64,000 bases of DNA from an uncultured Acidobacteriota bacterium (GTDB taxonomy: Bacteria > Acidobacteriota > UBA6911), in contig CAWEJX010000001.1 of the NCBI GenBank assembly GCA_963809485.1, positions 224,001 through 288,000 on the forward strand, written 5' to 3'. The translations under genes were made by a program, and so were the position numbers. Positions 9,907 to 19,616 of the stretch are shown here, one piece after another. Within the stretch, counting starts at the first letter, position 1. Each line of letters starts with the position of its first letter. Under the pieces are notes generated by a model. It ran no database searches. It was not told where the DNA came from and saw nothing but the letters and a program-made list of their open reading frames with translations.

Positions 9907-12327
9907 ATGTCAGAAGACCGCTTGGAAAAGGCTTTGGAGGCAATCAGGAACGAAAGCGCCACTCCCGAACAGCTCGAAAGCGCGCGAGTCCGCGTCTGGG
10001 AAAATCTTGAGAGTGCAACGGTTTGCGCCGAATTCCGGCTTCAATTCCATGACTATCTGGACGGACGGATTTCCGACAACCGGCGTCTATTGCTGGAAGA
10101 CCACCTGAGCCGATGTCCGCAATGCCGGGCACAAATGGCCGGGCTAAAGGGACTGGCTACCCTGATTCCCATGCCGCGCAGGCGCGCCTCCGTGCCGCTC
10201 CGCTGGGCAGCATGGACAGCGGCAGCGGTTTTGTTTCTTGGAATCATCTATCTGGGACGCGGCAGGATCGATGCGTTGCTGGCATCCGGCGGGCCGCGGG
10301 CTACAGTTGCCTCGGTTGCCGGAGAACTCCACAGGGTTCCGGAAGGTCTCTTGAAGACCGGTTCCACAGTCGGTGAGAATGAGGTCATTCGCACGGGGCC
10401 CGGCGCTCACGCCGTTCTCCGTCTCAGCGACGGTTCTCTGGTTGAAGTCAACGAACGTACCGAACTGGCCGTGCGCGCCACATGGAGCGGGCGGTCTCTC
10501 CGGCTCGAACGGGGAGACGTTATTGTCAGGGCTGCAAAACAGCATCGGGGTTATCTGCGGGTTCAGACACGCGACACGGTCGCCTCTGTAAAGGGCACGG
10601 TATTTGCCGTCTCCGCCGGATTCAGCGGATCGCTGGTTTCCGTGGTTGAAGGCTCGGTGGCCGTCAGCCAGCCCGGCGTGGAACTGCTTCTGACCGCGGG
10701 GGACCAGGCGGCCTCCAATCCGGCGCTGACGGAATCAGTGCAGAGCGCTGTGTCATGGAGCCCTGATGCCGAAACCTATCTTGCGATGTTGGCCTCGCTG
10801 GCCAAAGTTGAAAAACAGATCGCCGAGCTTCCTTCCCCATCACTGAGCGTGCAATCCAGGCTGATTCAGTACATGCCTCAAGGCATGGTCGTATATGGCG
10901 CAGTTCCCAATCCTGGCGGAATAATCAGCCAGGCCATGGCGCTTGGGGATCAGCAATCGGCGGAAAGCCCGGCCTTCGGTCAATGGTGGGATTCCGCATC
11001 GGGCCAGGGATTGAAGCAGCTTGTCGCGCGCATTCAAAGCATCACACCGCTTCTGGGCAACGAGATAATTTACGGGCTCTCCGCGAGTTCATCCGGAACC
11101 ATTCCGATAATTCTCGCTGAAGCACGGGATGGGAAGCAAAACGAGCTGAGCGCCGCATTAGGCAATTTGGGTGCAGGAGCAGGAGGATCTGCCCTGCCCT
11201 ATCGTCTCACAGGCACACTGCTTGCCATTTCCGATTCAAAAGAGCATCTCGATTGGCTGTGCGATCACCTGGGTCAGGGCGCGGGGACACCATTCGCCGC
11301 AGAGATTGCCGCCCGTTATCAGGAGGGCGCCGGGTGGCTCCTCGGCATCGACATGGATGCTCTTCTATCCTTACGCAGCATGGCCGACGATCCTCTGAGC
11401 CATGAGCAGCAGGTTAAGCACATCTTCGTCGAGCAGCGCAAGAGCCAGGGAATCGAGGAGAACGAGTTGGCCGTTGCATTCAAGGGTCCCCGGTCGGGCA
11501 TAGCTTCCCTGCTGGCAAGCACAGGTTCGGGTGGTGCCGCAGAGTATCTTTCCAACGATGCAATCGCCGCCATTTACGTTTCCACACGCGAGCCGCGACA
11601 GCTGTTCGAAGAACTGATGGCCCGGCTTTCCCGGTCGGCGCCTTCGTTCCAGAGCGCTCTCGAACAGGCCGAAGCGAAACTCGGAGCCGGCTTTATGCAA
11701 GATCTCGCCGGCGCGATCGGCACGGAATCGGCATTCGCGGTCGAGGGGCTTTCGGCCGCAGGGCCCGTCTGGGAGCTGGCGGTGCTCGTGAATGATTCAT
11801 CCGCACTTGAGCGCTCCATACAGCGCCTGGTGGATATCGGAAACGCCGAGATTGAACAAGCGGGCCAGTCCGGCCGGATCCTGCTCGAGCAGGATGTCGC
11901 CGATGGCAGAACGTGGACCACTATGAGTAGTCCCTCAACGAAATGGTCGATTTCATGGACCTACGACCGCGGCTATATGGTGGCCGGATCCGACCGTGCC
12001 GCAGCGGCACGCGCCATTGCCACGCGTAACAGCGGCTCGCCGCTTGTCTGGTCTGCCGCATTTCAGCAGCAACTGCCGCCGTCGGCAGGACTGCACCCGG
12101 CAGGCTTTGCCTGGCTGAACACCCGGGGTGCTTTGCAGAATTTTGCCGCGCTGGCGCCGAATCCTGCTTTCCAGAAACTGATCGCGGAGCGGGACCCGAT
12201 CCTGGTAGTCTTTGGAGGTACGACGGAACAAATCCGTGCCACAAGTCGTACTCGGTTATCAGGATTCGTGATGAACGCGCTGCTAATGCAGGGTATGGGA
12301 CTGGCACGCACAGATACCCCGCAGTAG
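9907..12327 (+). CDS. Anti-sigma factor: zf-HC2 + TM helix + FecR domain + large extracytoplasmic domain
   Basis: HLSRCPQC; TM WAAWTAAAVLFLGIIYL; FecR-like LSDGSLVEVNERT...SVKGTVFAV...VSVVEGSVAV. Confidence 0.85.
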   Translation: MSEDRLEKALEAIRNESATPEQLESARVRVWENLESATVCAEFRLQFHDYLDGRISDNRRLLLEDHLSRCPQCRAQMAGLKGLATLIPMPRRRASVPLRWAAWTAAAVLFLGIIYLGRGRIDALLASGGPRATVASVAGELHRVPEGLLKTGSTVGENEVIRTGPGAHAVLRLSDGSLVEVNERTELAVRATWSGRSLRLERGDVIVRAAKQHRGYLRVQTRDTVASVKGTVFAVSAGFSGSLVSVVEGSVAVSQPGVELLLTAGDQAASNPALTESVQSAVSWSPDAETYLAMLASLAKVEKQIAELPSPSLSVQSRLIQYMPQGMVVYGAVPNPGGIISQAMALGDQQSAESPAFGQWWDSASGQGLKQLVARIQSITPLLGNEIIYGLSASSSGTIPIILAEARDGKQNELSAALGNLGAGAGGSALPYRLTGTLLAISDSKEHLDWLCDHLGQGAGTPFAAEIAARYQEGAGWLLGIDMDALLSLRSMADDPLSHEQQVKHIFVEQRKSQGIEENELAVAFKGPRSGIASLLASTGSGGAAEYLSNDAIAAIYVSTREPRQLFEELMARLSRSAPSFQSALEQAEAKLGAGFMQDLAGAIGTESAFAVEGLSAAGPVWELAVLVNDSSALERSIQRLVDIGNAEIEQAGQSGRILLEQDVADGRTWTTMSSPSTKWSISWTYDRGYMVAGSDRAAAARAIATRNSGSPLVWSAAFQQQLPPSAGLHPAGFAWLNTRGALQNFAALAPNPAFQKLIAERDPILVVFGGTTEQIRATSRTRLSGFVMNALLMQGMGLARTDTPQ

Positions 12328-12389
12328 TCAGGCCCCTGGTCGGAACAGGGCTAAAACAGCAGCTATGGGAGGATCCGGGAATACGGTCC

Positions 12390-13346
12390 ATGGCATCTGC
12401 CGTCATCGATGTGGAGAACCTCAGAGTAAAGCTTGGGCGCCGGGAGATCCTCCGCGGGATATCCTGCTGTCTTGGCACTGCGGGAACCGGTAAAGCGATC
12501 GGCTTGCTGGGCCCGAACGGCGCAGGGAAATCAACCTTCATTCTGACTTTGCTGGGATTCCACAAACCGCTGGATGGACGCATGCGCGTGCTGGGCTACG
12601 ACTGCCGGAGCCGGCTGCGGGAGATGCGGGCGCATACCGGGTTCATGCCCGAGACCGATTCTTTCATAGCCAACATGACGGCCGTTGCTTTCCTGCGCCT
12701 TATGGCTGAGCTTTCCGGGCTTCCCGCAAAAATCGCGCTGGAGAAGGCGCACGAGGCGCTGTTTCATGTCGGGCTGGGCGAAGCCCGATATCGCGAACTG
12801 AGGACCTATTCGCAAGGGATGAAACAGATGGCCAAGCTGGCCCAGGCGATTGTTCACGGCCCGGAGCTGCTGATTCTCGACGAACCGACCAATGGATTGG
12901 ACCCTTCAGCGCGGCTGCGGATGCTCAAGCTGGTTCGCGAAATGAAGGAAGAGCAGGGCATGAACGTGCTCCTGTGCTCCCACCTGTTGCGGGACGTCGA
13001 GCAGGTGTGCGACGAGGTCGTCATCATGAAGGACGGCTTGATTGTTCACGAATGCAACATTGAGGAGGAGCGCCGCTCCAACAAGCGATTCGTGGAACTC
13101 GAAGTCACAGGAAGTGACGGGAACCTGGGCACGGCATTGCCGGAAATCGGTGCGGAAGGAGTCACCGAGGGGAATGGCCGATGGCGCATCGTCCTGCCTC
13201 CCGCAGTGGAGGTCAAAGCTTTATGGGGCCTGCTGGGGCGGCAGAACCTCCTGGTCAGGAAGCTCACGCATCGCCGCGACACGCTCGAGGAGATCTTCCT
13301 GAAGGCCATGGGTCACATCACGCGCACTCCCGGGGAAACTCAATGA
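12390..13346 (+). CDS. ABC transporter ATP-binding protein
   Basis: GPNGAGKS, YSQGMKQ, LILDEPTNGLD, H-loop SHLL. Confidence 0.93.
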   Translation: MASAVIDVENLRVKLGRREILRGISCCLGTAGTGKAIGLLGPNGAGKSTFILTLLGFHKPLDGRMRVLGYDCRSRLREMRAHTGFMPETDSFIANMTAVAFLRLMAELSGLPAKIALEKAHEALFHVGLGEARYRELRTYSQGMKQMAKLAQAIVHGPELLILDEPTNGLDPSARLRMLKLVREMKEEQGMNVLLCSHLLRDVEQVCDEVVIMKDGLIVHECNIEEERRSNKRFVELEVTGSDGNLGTALPEIGAEGVTEGNGRWRIVLPPAVEVKALWGLLGRQNLLVRKLTHRRDTLEEIFLKAMGHITRTPGETQ

Positions 13347-13408
13347 GCGACGCTTCCGAAGTTCGATCTTCGCGGCAGCGGCCGGGCATAAACCGAACGG
13401 GATAACGG

Positions 13409-14269
13409 ATGGCTGTATATAGGCGCGGGTATCAAAGGTATCAAGGGCCTGTACGGGGGCGCGGGGCGAGGTTTATGGTGCTTCCCCGCTTTGCCTGGCG
13501 GGGATTGTTCGCGCAGCGCCTGGTTGTGCTGCTTACGGTTGTCGCCATGATCTGGCCGTTTCTGTGCGCCCTGTTCATTTATCTCACCAACCATGCCGAC
13601 CTCCTGAAGGGATTGGGCAAGCAATTCCAGAGCTTCATTGAAGTGAACGGCAATTTCTTCCTGGTTTTTATGAATGTCCAGGCAACTTTTGCGGTCTTCC
13701 TCGCGGCGCTTACGGGTCCGGGACTGATCGCCCAGGATCTCGTGAATAATGCATTGCCGCTTTATTTCAGCCGTCCGATCACCCGGCTGGACTACGTCGT
13801 GGCCAGGTTTCTCACGCTGTTCGGAATGCTTTCCATCGTCACATGGATTCCCGGACTGTTCCTGTTCGGCATGCAGGCGGCCATGGCCGACAGGGGGTGG
13901 CTTCGCGCGAACTGGGAGCTGGGCGCCGGCATGATCGCCGGATTCGCTATCTGGATATCCCTGGTAAGCCTGGTTGCGTTGGCAAGCTCAGCGCTCGCCA
14001 GACTCAAAGTGGTGGCAGGCGGGATTGTGCTAGGCTTCTTCTTCATACTGGCCGGCGTATCCGTGATGATCAACGGTATTTTCCGTGCGACGTGGGGCTC
14101 CGCCCTGAATCCCGCATGGACTGTCCGCCGCTTGTGGTATGCGATGCTTCAACTGGATCCGCCGGCCGGCCCCGGCGTAATGGCCTGCCTGCTGGTTCTG
14201 GCGGCAGTCACGCTTTTGCTTGTATCCATCATCGAGCGCAAAGTACGCGCGGTCGAGGTGATTTCGTGA
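13409..14269 (+). CDS. ABC-2 type permease
   Basis: About six hydrophobic helices; LPLYFSRPITRLDY motif. Confidence 0.85.
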   Translation: MAVYRRGYQRYQGPVRGRGARFMVLPRFAWRGLFAQRLVVLLTVVAMIWPFLCALFIYLTNHADLLKGLGKQFQSFIEVNGNFFLVFMNVQATFAVFLAALTGPGLIAQDLVNNALPLYFSRPITRLDYVVARFLTLFGMLSIVTWIPGLFLFGMQAAMADRGWLRANWELGAGMIAGFAIWISLVSLVALASSALARLKVVAGGIVLGFFFILAGVSVMINGIFRATWGSALNPAWTVRRLWYAMLQLDPPAGPGVMACLLVLAAVTLLLVSIIERKVRAVEVIS

Positions 14270-15198
14270 CCGAGCCCGCTGTCATTTTCGACGAAGTCTC
14301 GAAGTTCTACGGCGAAGTGCTCGGCGTGAACCGAGTCACGTTGCATATTCCACCGGGCATCACAAGCCTGGTAGGACCCAATGGCGCGGGCAAAACCACG
14401 CTGCTGAACCTGATGACGGGGCTCATCCATCCCGACAACGGAACTATCCGCATGCGCGGGATTTCACCGCGCGATCCCGAGCACTTGATGCGCATCACCG
14501 GATACGCCACTCAGTACGACGCCGCGCCCCGCTGGGCCACCGGCTTCAGCTTCATCACCACGGGCCTGCTGCTGCATGGATACAGCCGGCCGGAAGCCGA
14601 GGAAAAAGCCTGGAAGGCGCTTGAGCTTCTGGGCCTTTCCGATGCGGCACAGCGTAAAATGGCTGCCTATTCCAAAGGCATGCGCCAGCGTATCCGGCTG
14701 GCCCAGGCAATCGCTCATGAGCCCGATCTGCTGTTGCTGGATGAACCCTTGAACGGGCTGGACCCGCTGATCCGCGCGGAAACGATTGCGATGTTCAGGG
14801 ACTGGGCCGCCCGCGGGAAGCACGTGATTCTTTCCAGCCACATCCTCCAGGAAGTGGACGTCATCAGCGACCAGGTCGTCCTCATGGCAAACGGAATGAT
14901 TGTCGCCGAGGGCACGATCCGCGACGTGCGCGAGGAAATCCACGAGCATCCCAGCCAGTTCATCGTTCGCTGCCGCGACGCCTCGCGCATCGCGGCGCTC
15001 CTGTTTCACGAAGACCACATAGCCGAAATCCGGCTGAACGAAGACAAGTCGGGGTTGCTGGTAAAGACCAGAGACCGTGAGCGATTCTCCGGAGCCCTGG
15101 GCCGCATTGCCAACGACGGCTACGAGATCAACGGCGTCATACCGGCCGATGAAAACGTTGACGCCCTTTATGAATACCTGATCGGGGATGGGAGATAG
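14266..15198 (+). CDS. ABC transporter ATP-binding protein
   Basis: GTG start overlaps the upstream stop (GTGA). GPNGAGKT, YSKGMRQR, LLLDEPLNGLD. Confidence 0.93.
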   Translation: MTEPAVIFDEVSKFYGEVLGVNRVTLHIPPGITSLVGPNGAGKTTLLNLMTGLIHPDNGTIRMRGISPRDPEHLMRITGYATQYDAAPRWATGFSFITTGLLLHGYSRPEAEEKAWKALELLGLSDAAQRKMAAYSKGMRQRIRLAQAIAHEPDLLLLDEPLNGLDPLIRAETIAMFRDWAARGKHVILSSHILQEVDVISDQVVLMANGMIVAEGTIRDVREEIHEHPSQFIVRCRDASRIAALLFHEDHIAEIRLNEDKSGLLVKTRDRERFSGALGRIANDGYEINGVIPADENVDALYEYLIGDGR

Positions 15199-15207
15199 GC
15201 TGGCGCC

Positions 15208-16737
15208 ATGAGAGACCGGTTCTGGCTTCAACAGGCATGGACGATCGCGAAGATCGAGTTGCGGCGCGCCTTTTTTTCCAAAAGGGCATTCTGGGTCTAT
15301 GGGCTGGCCCTGTTGCCATCGATCATTTTTTTGGGTCACAGCGTGGCGGCAAATTTCCGACGTCATGGCCTGGCTTCCCATGGCTTTTTGCAGCCGGCTC
15401 TGGTCGAAAACATCAACAACGGCGAATCCGTCGACGACGTCATACTACGCCTCGGTGAACCGCCTCAGGATTTTCAATGGGTAAGTTACCGGCATGCCCG
15501 CACCGAAGGCGAGGCTTCCGGCATCACGACGCACAAGATCGAGCCGGCCTCTGAGGCGCGTTTCGTCAGGCTGCAGATCTTGTCGCCTAACTACAACAAC
15601 GATCCCTTCGCAAGGATCTATGAAATGGAAGTCTACGGCGACGAACCTCGCAACCTTGCGCTGAATCGCCCCGCCATCGGCAGCCCGGCCTGCAGCCCAG
15701 AAGAGGGCCCCGAAAAGGCTTTCAACGGCAGCGTTAAGGGCGGCAAAAAAGACCGCTTCTGCACTTCCGCCTGGAATCGTTTTCTCCAGGTCGACCTTGG
15801 CTCGGCTTTCGCGATCAAGCGTATTGTCGTCAAACACGCCAGCGCCGGCGGTGAAAGCGAGGAACTCAACACCCGGCTCTATAACATCCAGGCAGGCAAG
15901 GACAACAAGAAGTTCGCCACGATTGTAAATGCCGCGGGCGCGCGGCTCGTGGATGAGATTACGGCCCGCCGCAGGCTTGCCTATTCCGACGGGAAGCGTG
16001 AGGTGCGACTCGAGTTTTCCGACGGCAAGCTTGTCTCAAAAGATATCCGCCCGCTTTTAAGCCTGGAAGAGGATCGGCGGATATTCGCCGGAGTGTTCCA
16101 GTATTTTTATTTGAGACTGGCAATATTTTTTGGCTGCCTGGGGATTTTCATGAATCTCTTCCGCGGTGAACTGCTGGACAAGACTCTCCACTTCTGGTTC
16201 CTCGCTCCCGCCCGTCGTGAGATTCTGCTGGCCGGCAAATATGGCGCCGGATTGATCGCTTCAATCGTGATCTTTGCCGGAGGCGCGCTCCTCTGTTTCG
16301 GCGTGCTGCTCTGGACGCACGATCCCGTTGAAGTTCAGGCGTACTGGCAAAACGCCGGGATGGTCCACGCTTTCTGGTATGCCATAGCCGCGGTGTTTGC
16401 CTGTGTCGGCTACGGGAGCGTCTTCCTGGCGGCGGGACTCCTGATGCGCAATCCGATCATTCCCGCGGCGGTGTTGCTCGCGTGGGAGAGCGTTAACGGC
16501 TTCCTGCCCGAGCTTCTTCAGAAGCTGAGCGTGCTGCATTACCTGCAATCGCTCTGCCCCGTTTCCGCCCCTGCCGATCAGAGTATGCCGGCAATCCTGC
16601 AACTGCTGCTGGCCCCGGCCGCGCCGGCCGCGCGCATCGGCGCCATCCTGGGATTGCTGGCGGTCACGGCGTTCGTGCTATCGCTTGCCTGCCTGGCGAT
16701 CCGGCGGATGCAGGTTTCCTACAGTACGGAAACCTAG
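15208..16737 (+). CDS. ABC-2 type permease with an inserted discoidin/F5-8 type C (CBM32-like) domain
   Basis: TM helices; KTLHFWFLAPARREILLAGKY. The loop contains NLALNRPA...LQVDLG and ARFVRL...ARIYEMEVYG. Confidence 0.85.
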   Translation: MRDRFWLQQAWTIAKIELRRAFFSKRAFWVYGLALLPSIIFLGHSVAANFRRHGLASHGFLQPALVENINNGESVDDVILRLGEPPQDFQWVSYRHARTEGEASGITTHKIEPASEARFVRLQILSPNYNNDPFARIYEMEVYGDEPRNLALNRPAIGSPACSPEEGPEKAFNGSVKGGKKDRFCTSAWNRFLQVDLGSAFAIKRIVVKHASAGGESEELNTRLYNIQAGKDNKKFATIVNAAGARLVDEITARRRLAYSDGKREVRLEFSDGKLVSKDIRPLLSLEEDRRIFAGVFQYFYLRLAIFFGCLGIFMNLFRGELLDKTLHFWFLAPARREILLAGKYGAGLIASIVIFAGGALLCFGVLLWTHDPVEVQAYWQNAGMVHAFWYAIAAVFACVGYGSVFLAAGLLMRNPIIPAAVLLAWESVNGFLPELLQKLSVLHYLQSLCPVSAPADQSMPAILQLLLAPAAPAARIGAILGLLAVTAFVLSLACLAIRRMQVSYSTET

Positions 16738-16901
16738 CGGCATCGCCGGATCGAATGAACGTTGCCTTCGTGCTCGACCATCCACAGGGAGGAAGTGAGA
16801 ATCCCACGCCCAAGCCTGACATTTTATGGCTGCCGGCAGCTCAAAGGGGACTGATCGGAACCGATAAATGACAAATCTGTATTCTCGCGCAATAGGTATC
16901 T

Positions 16902-17025
16902 TATACAGAGCGTCATATATAATGCCGCATCCACTGAGAAATGGTTTGAATTGAGGCTTGCCGACGCCGGGGCGGGCTGATTCGATCCTTTCCAGCATGC
17001 GGCATCATTTATGACGCCCTGTATA
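16902..17025. mobile_element. MITE-like element with 29 bp imperfect terminal inverted repeats
   Basis: TATACAGAGCGTCATATATAATGCCGCAT (16902-16930) versus ATGCGGCATCATTTATGACGCCCTGTATA (16997-17025): 3 mismatches, TA at both ends. Confidence 0.55.
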
Positions 17026-17035
17026 GAAGCTTTTT

Positions 17036-17125
17036 GAACCGCAGAATGTCGAATAATGAATAATGAATTGCGAAGACCGATCCCGGCTTCTGCGGTTCGA
17101 CATTCGAAATTCGATATTCATTATT
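17036..17125. repeat. Inverted heptamer-array element
   Basis: GAACCGCA GAATGTC GAATAAT GAATAAT GAATTGC ... TTCTGCGGTTC GACATTC GAAATTC GATATTC ATTATT. Confidence 0.65.
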
Positions 17126-17237
17126 GCTGTCAGAACCCCGGGAAAAGACGCATGCTCCAGCATTTGTCAGACTGGTTCTGCATCACTGGCAGAGCCCGTG
17201 GATACCCGAATGGATAAGGGAATTGTCGATGTAGGCA

Positions 17238-19109
17238 CTAATAACTCAAACCGTAGCCGAAGGGAAAGAGCGGATCGTAACGGTCTTTCGGGCCGTTGAT
17301 ATTGAGCGGCAACTGATCCATCGACTTCGGCCAGGAAAACGAAAGCTTCCCGGTCGGGCCATAATCTCCGAAAACCACGTCCGCAATTCCCTGCCCTTCG
17401 GTCCCCGGCAGAAAAGCGGCTATGAAAGCATCCGCCCGGGCAAGGACGCTGTTAATGATCATCGGGCGGCCGGAGATCAGGATCACAACTACCGGTATGC
17501 CGAGGCTTTTCAGATTATCGACGGCGCGGATATCTTCCGCCTCGAGCGCAAGGTCCGAGCGGTCCCCAACTCCTTCCGCGTAGGGCCGCTCACCGATAAC
17601 CGCGATAGCGAGCGAGGCGCCTTCCGCACCGGTCCCATCCTCCGAATAGGTTACCCTGGTTGCGTCGGATACAGCAGCTTTGACGGCATCCAGAACCGTT
17701 GTGCCGCCCGGTGTCACGTTGCCGCTTTGCCCTTGCCACTGAACGGTCCACCCGCCGCACTGATTCCCGATATTGTCGGCGCTCTTGCCGGAGACGTGGA
17801 TACGCGAGAGCTTTTTGGAAATGGGCAGCGCCCTGCCCTCGTTTTTCAAAAGCACAAGGGATTTGCGCACCGCCTCCCGTGCAACAGCACGGTGCGAGGC
17901 CGAACCGAAAGACTCGTGCAATTTCCTGTCGGCGAGCTGGGACCGGTTTTTGTCCATCAGGCCCATGGCGAACTTGACCCGCAGGATGCGCGTGACCGCA
18001 TCGTCGATCCTTGACATGGGCACCCTGCCTTCATGGACCAGTTCCTTCAGTTTCTCATAGAAATCACGGTAATGGTTAGGTTCCATGGCCATATCCATTC
18101 CTGCATTGATGGATATTTCGATGGCTCCCTTGTAGTCACCCGGCTTTACCTGACCGATTGCGTTGTAGTCGGAAATCAGGAAACCTTCGAATCCCAACTC
18201 CTGTTTGAGAATTTCAGTCAACAGGCGTTTGCTGGCGGAGCAGCGTGTTCCATTCCATGAGCTGTACGAGGGCATGATGCTGCCGACGCCCGAATTCACA
18301 GCGGCGATGTAACCGGGCAGGTGGATGCGGCGCAGCGTTGCTTCATCGATTTTGGTATCACCCTGGTCGAGCCACAGGCGGCCCATGTTGGCAGGGGGAA
18401 CTCCGGGTCGCCCGGCCGTCGTGGCCGATGTGCCGCCGTCTCCGACGTAGTGCTTGGCGCAGGCCAGAATGGAAAGCGGGTGGCCCAGGTCGACTCCCTG
18501 CATTCCGCGGACCGCAGCCTCGCCGAGGCTTCGTACCACTGCAGGATCCTCAGAAAAACCTTCATAGGTCCTTCCCCAGCGGATGTCCTGTGGAACCGTC
18601 ACGCAGGGCGAGAAGGTCCATTGAATCCCGGTAGCCCGCACTTCCTCTGCCGTGACCCGGCCGATTTTTTCCACCAAAACCGGATCCCGGGTACAGCCAA
18701 GACCGATGTTGTGCGGAAAAATGACGGCGCCCAGAACATTGCTGTGCCCATGCACCGCATCGATGCCGTACAGGATCGGAATCGCCAGGCGGGTTTTCAG
18801 GGCTTCGGCCTGAATGCGATCGTACAAATTGGTCCATGCCTCGAGGCTGTTCCCCTCGGCGGGATCCGAATTGCCGCCGCTCAGAACCGAGCCAATGTAA
18901 TATTTCTGGATATCTCCGGGATTCTCGAGCAGCGGCCCCTGCTCAGGCTGTGTCATCTGCCCGATTTTCTCTTCAAGCGTCATAACCGAAAGGAGCTCTT
19001 TCACCTGGGGATCGTTAGAGGAAAGCTTCCTAAACTGGCAAGAAGCAGGCAGGAACAAAAAGCCCAGCAACAGCAGGCAAACTGCAGGCCCGAATATAAG
19101 GGATTTCAT
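17238..19109 (-). CDS. Glycoside hydrolase family 3 (beta-glucosidase/exo-glucanase), exported
   Basis: [44 protein letters not shown], nucleophile [17 protein letters not shown]. Signal peptide from ATG 19109. Confidence 0.93.
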   Translation of the reverse strand: MKSLIFGPAVCLLLLGFLFLPASCQFRKLSSNDPQVKELLSVMTLEEKIGQMTQPEQGPLLENPGDIQKYYIGSVLSGGNSDPAEGNSLEAWTNLYDRIQAEALKTRLAIPILYGIDAVHGHSNVLGAVIFPHNIGLGCTRDPVLVEKIGRVTAEEVRATGIQWTFSPCVTVPQDIRWGRTYEGFSEDPAVVRSLGEAAVRGMQGVDLGHPLSILACAKHYVGDGGTSATTAGRPGVPPANMGRLWLDQGDTKIDEATLRRIHLPGYIAAVNSGVGSIMPSYSSWNGTRCSASKRLLTEILKQELGFEGFLISDYNAIGQVKPGDYKGAIEISINAGMDMAMEPNHYRDFYEKLKELVHEGRVPMSRIDDAVTRILRVKFAMGLMDKNRSQLADRKLHESFGSASHRAVAREAVRKSLVLLKNEGRALPISKKLSRIHVSGKSADNIGNQCGGWTVQWQGQSGNVTPGGTTVLDAVKAAVSDATRVTYSEDGTGAEGASLAIAVIGERPYAEGVGDRSDLALEAEDIRAVDNLKSLGIPVVVILISGRPMIINSVLARADAFIAAFLPGTEGQGIADVVFGDYGPTGKLSFSWPKSMDQLPLNINGPKDRYDPLFPFGYGLSY

Positions 19110-19214
19110 AGGACACCCTTTCTCCAGATGTATACCTTCATGTTCAGGGCTATTGTATGCACAAGCACGGGACAGGCATGCACAGAAAATTGGCGAAAAA
19201 GGGCAACTGCAGAT

Positions 19215-19471
19215 CAGGAGCCTCCGGCAGGGCGTTTCCGGTGCGGGAGACCTCCGCCGAGACCGCAGCACAGGTCATGAAAAAGCTGAGGGAACGTTTC
19301 GGCCAGACGGCGCCTGCAAATCCTGCCGACGAGGCTTTCACCGCAATAGATAATTACCTGAACGGAATGTGCGTGTTCCGAAAGAGGAACATCATCGGAG
19401 GCTTCGCGGATTTGGAAACCGGCGATGACGGAGTGGAACAATCTGCGAAACTGGCCGCGAATATGGGATAA
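19215..19471 (+). pseudogene. 3' remnant of a gene (resembles the C-terminus of DUF6599-like Acidobacterial proteins)
   Basis: [26 protein letters not shown]...AFTAIDNYLNGMCVFRKRNIIGGFA reads as a natural C-terminus with no credible 5' portion. Family assignment is from recall. Confidence 0.45.
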
Positions 19472-19616
19472 CGCTTCCTCCGGCGAGGCCGGATGCCTGA
19501 TCGCAGGCCGCCCGAAGCTCCTGAAACTACCTTGTCGGACTTTGCCCGCGAATCCCCCCGGCAAGTATTCTCCGGCAGAGCCGGAGGCTTTGATGGAAAT
19601 TGCCGGTTTATATTCC

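Noticed and set aside
13843-14265. N-terminal extension of the second ABC ATPase in the ORF track
   Set aside because: It overlaps the permease; the real start is the coupled GTG at 14266.
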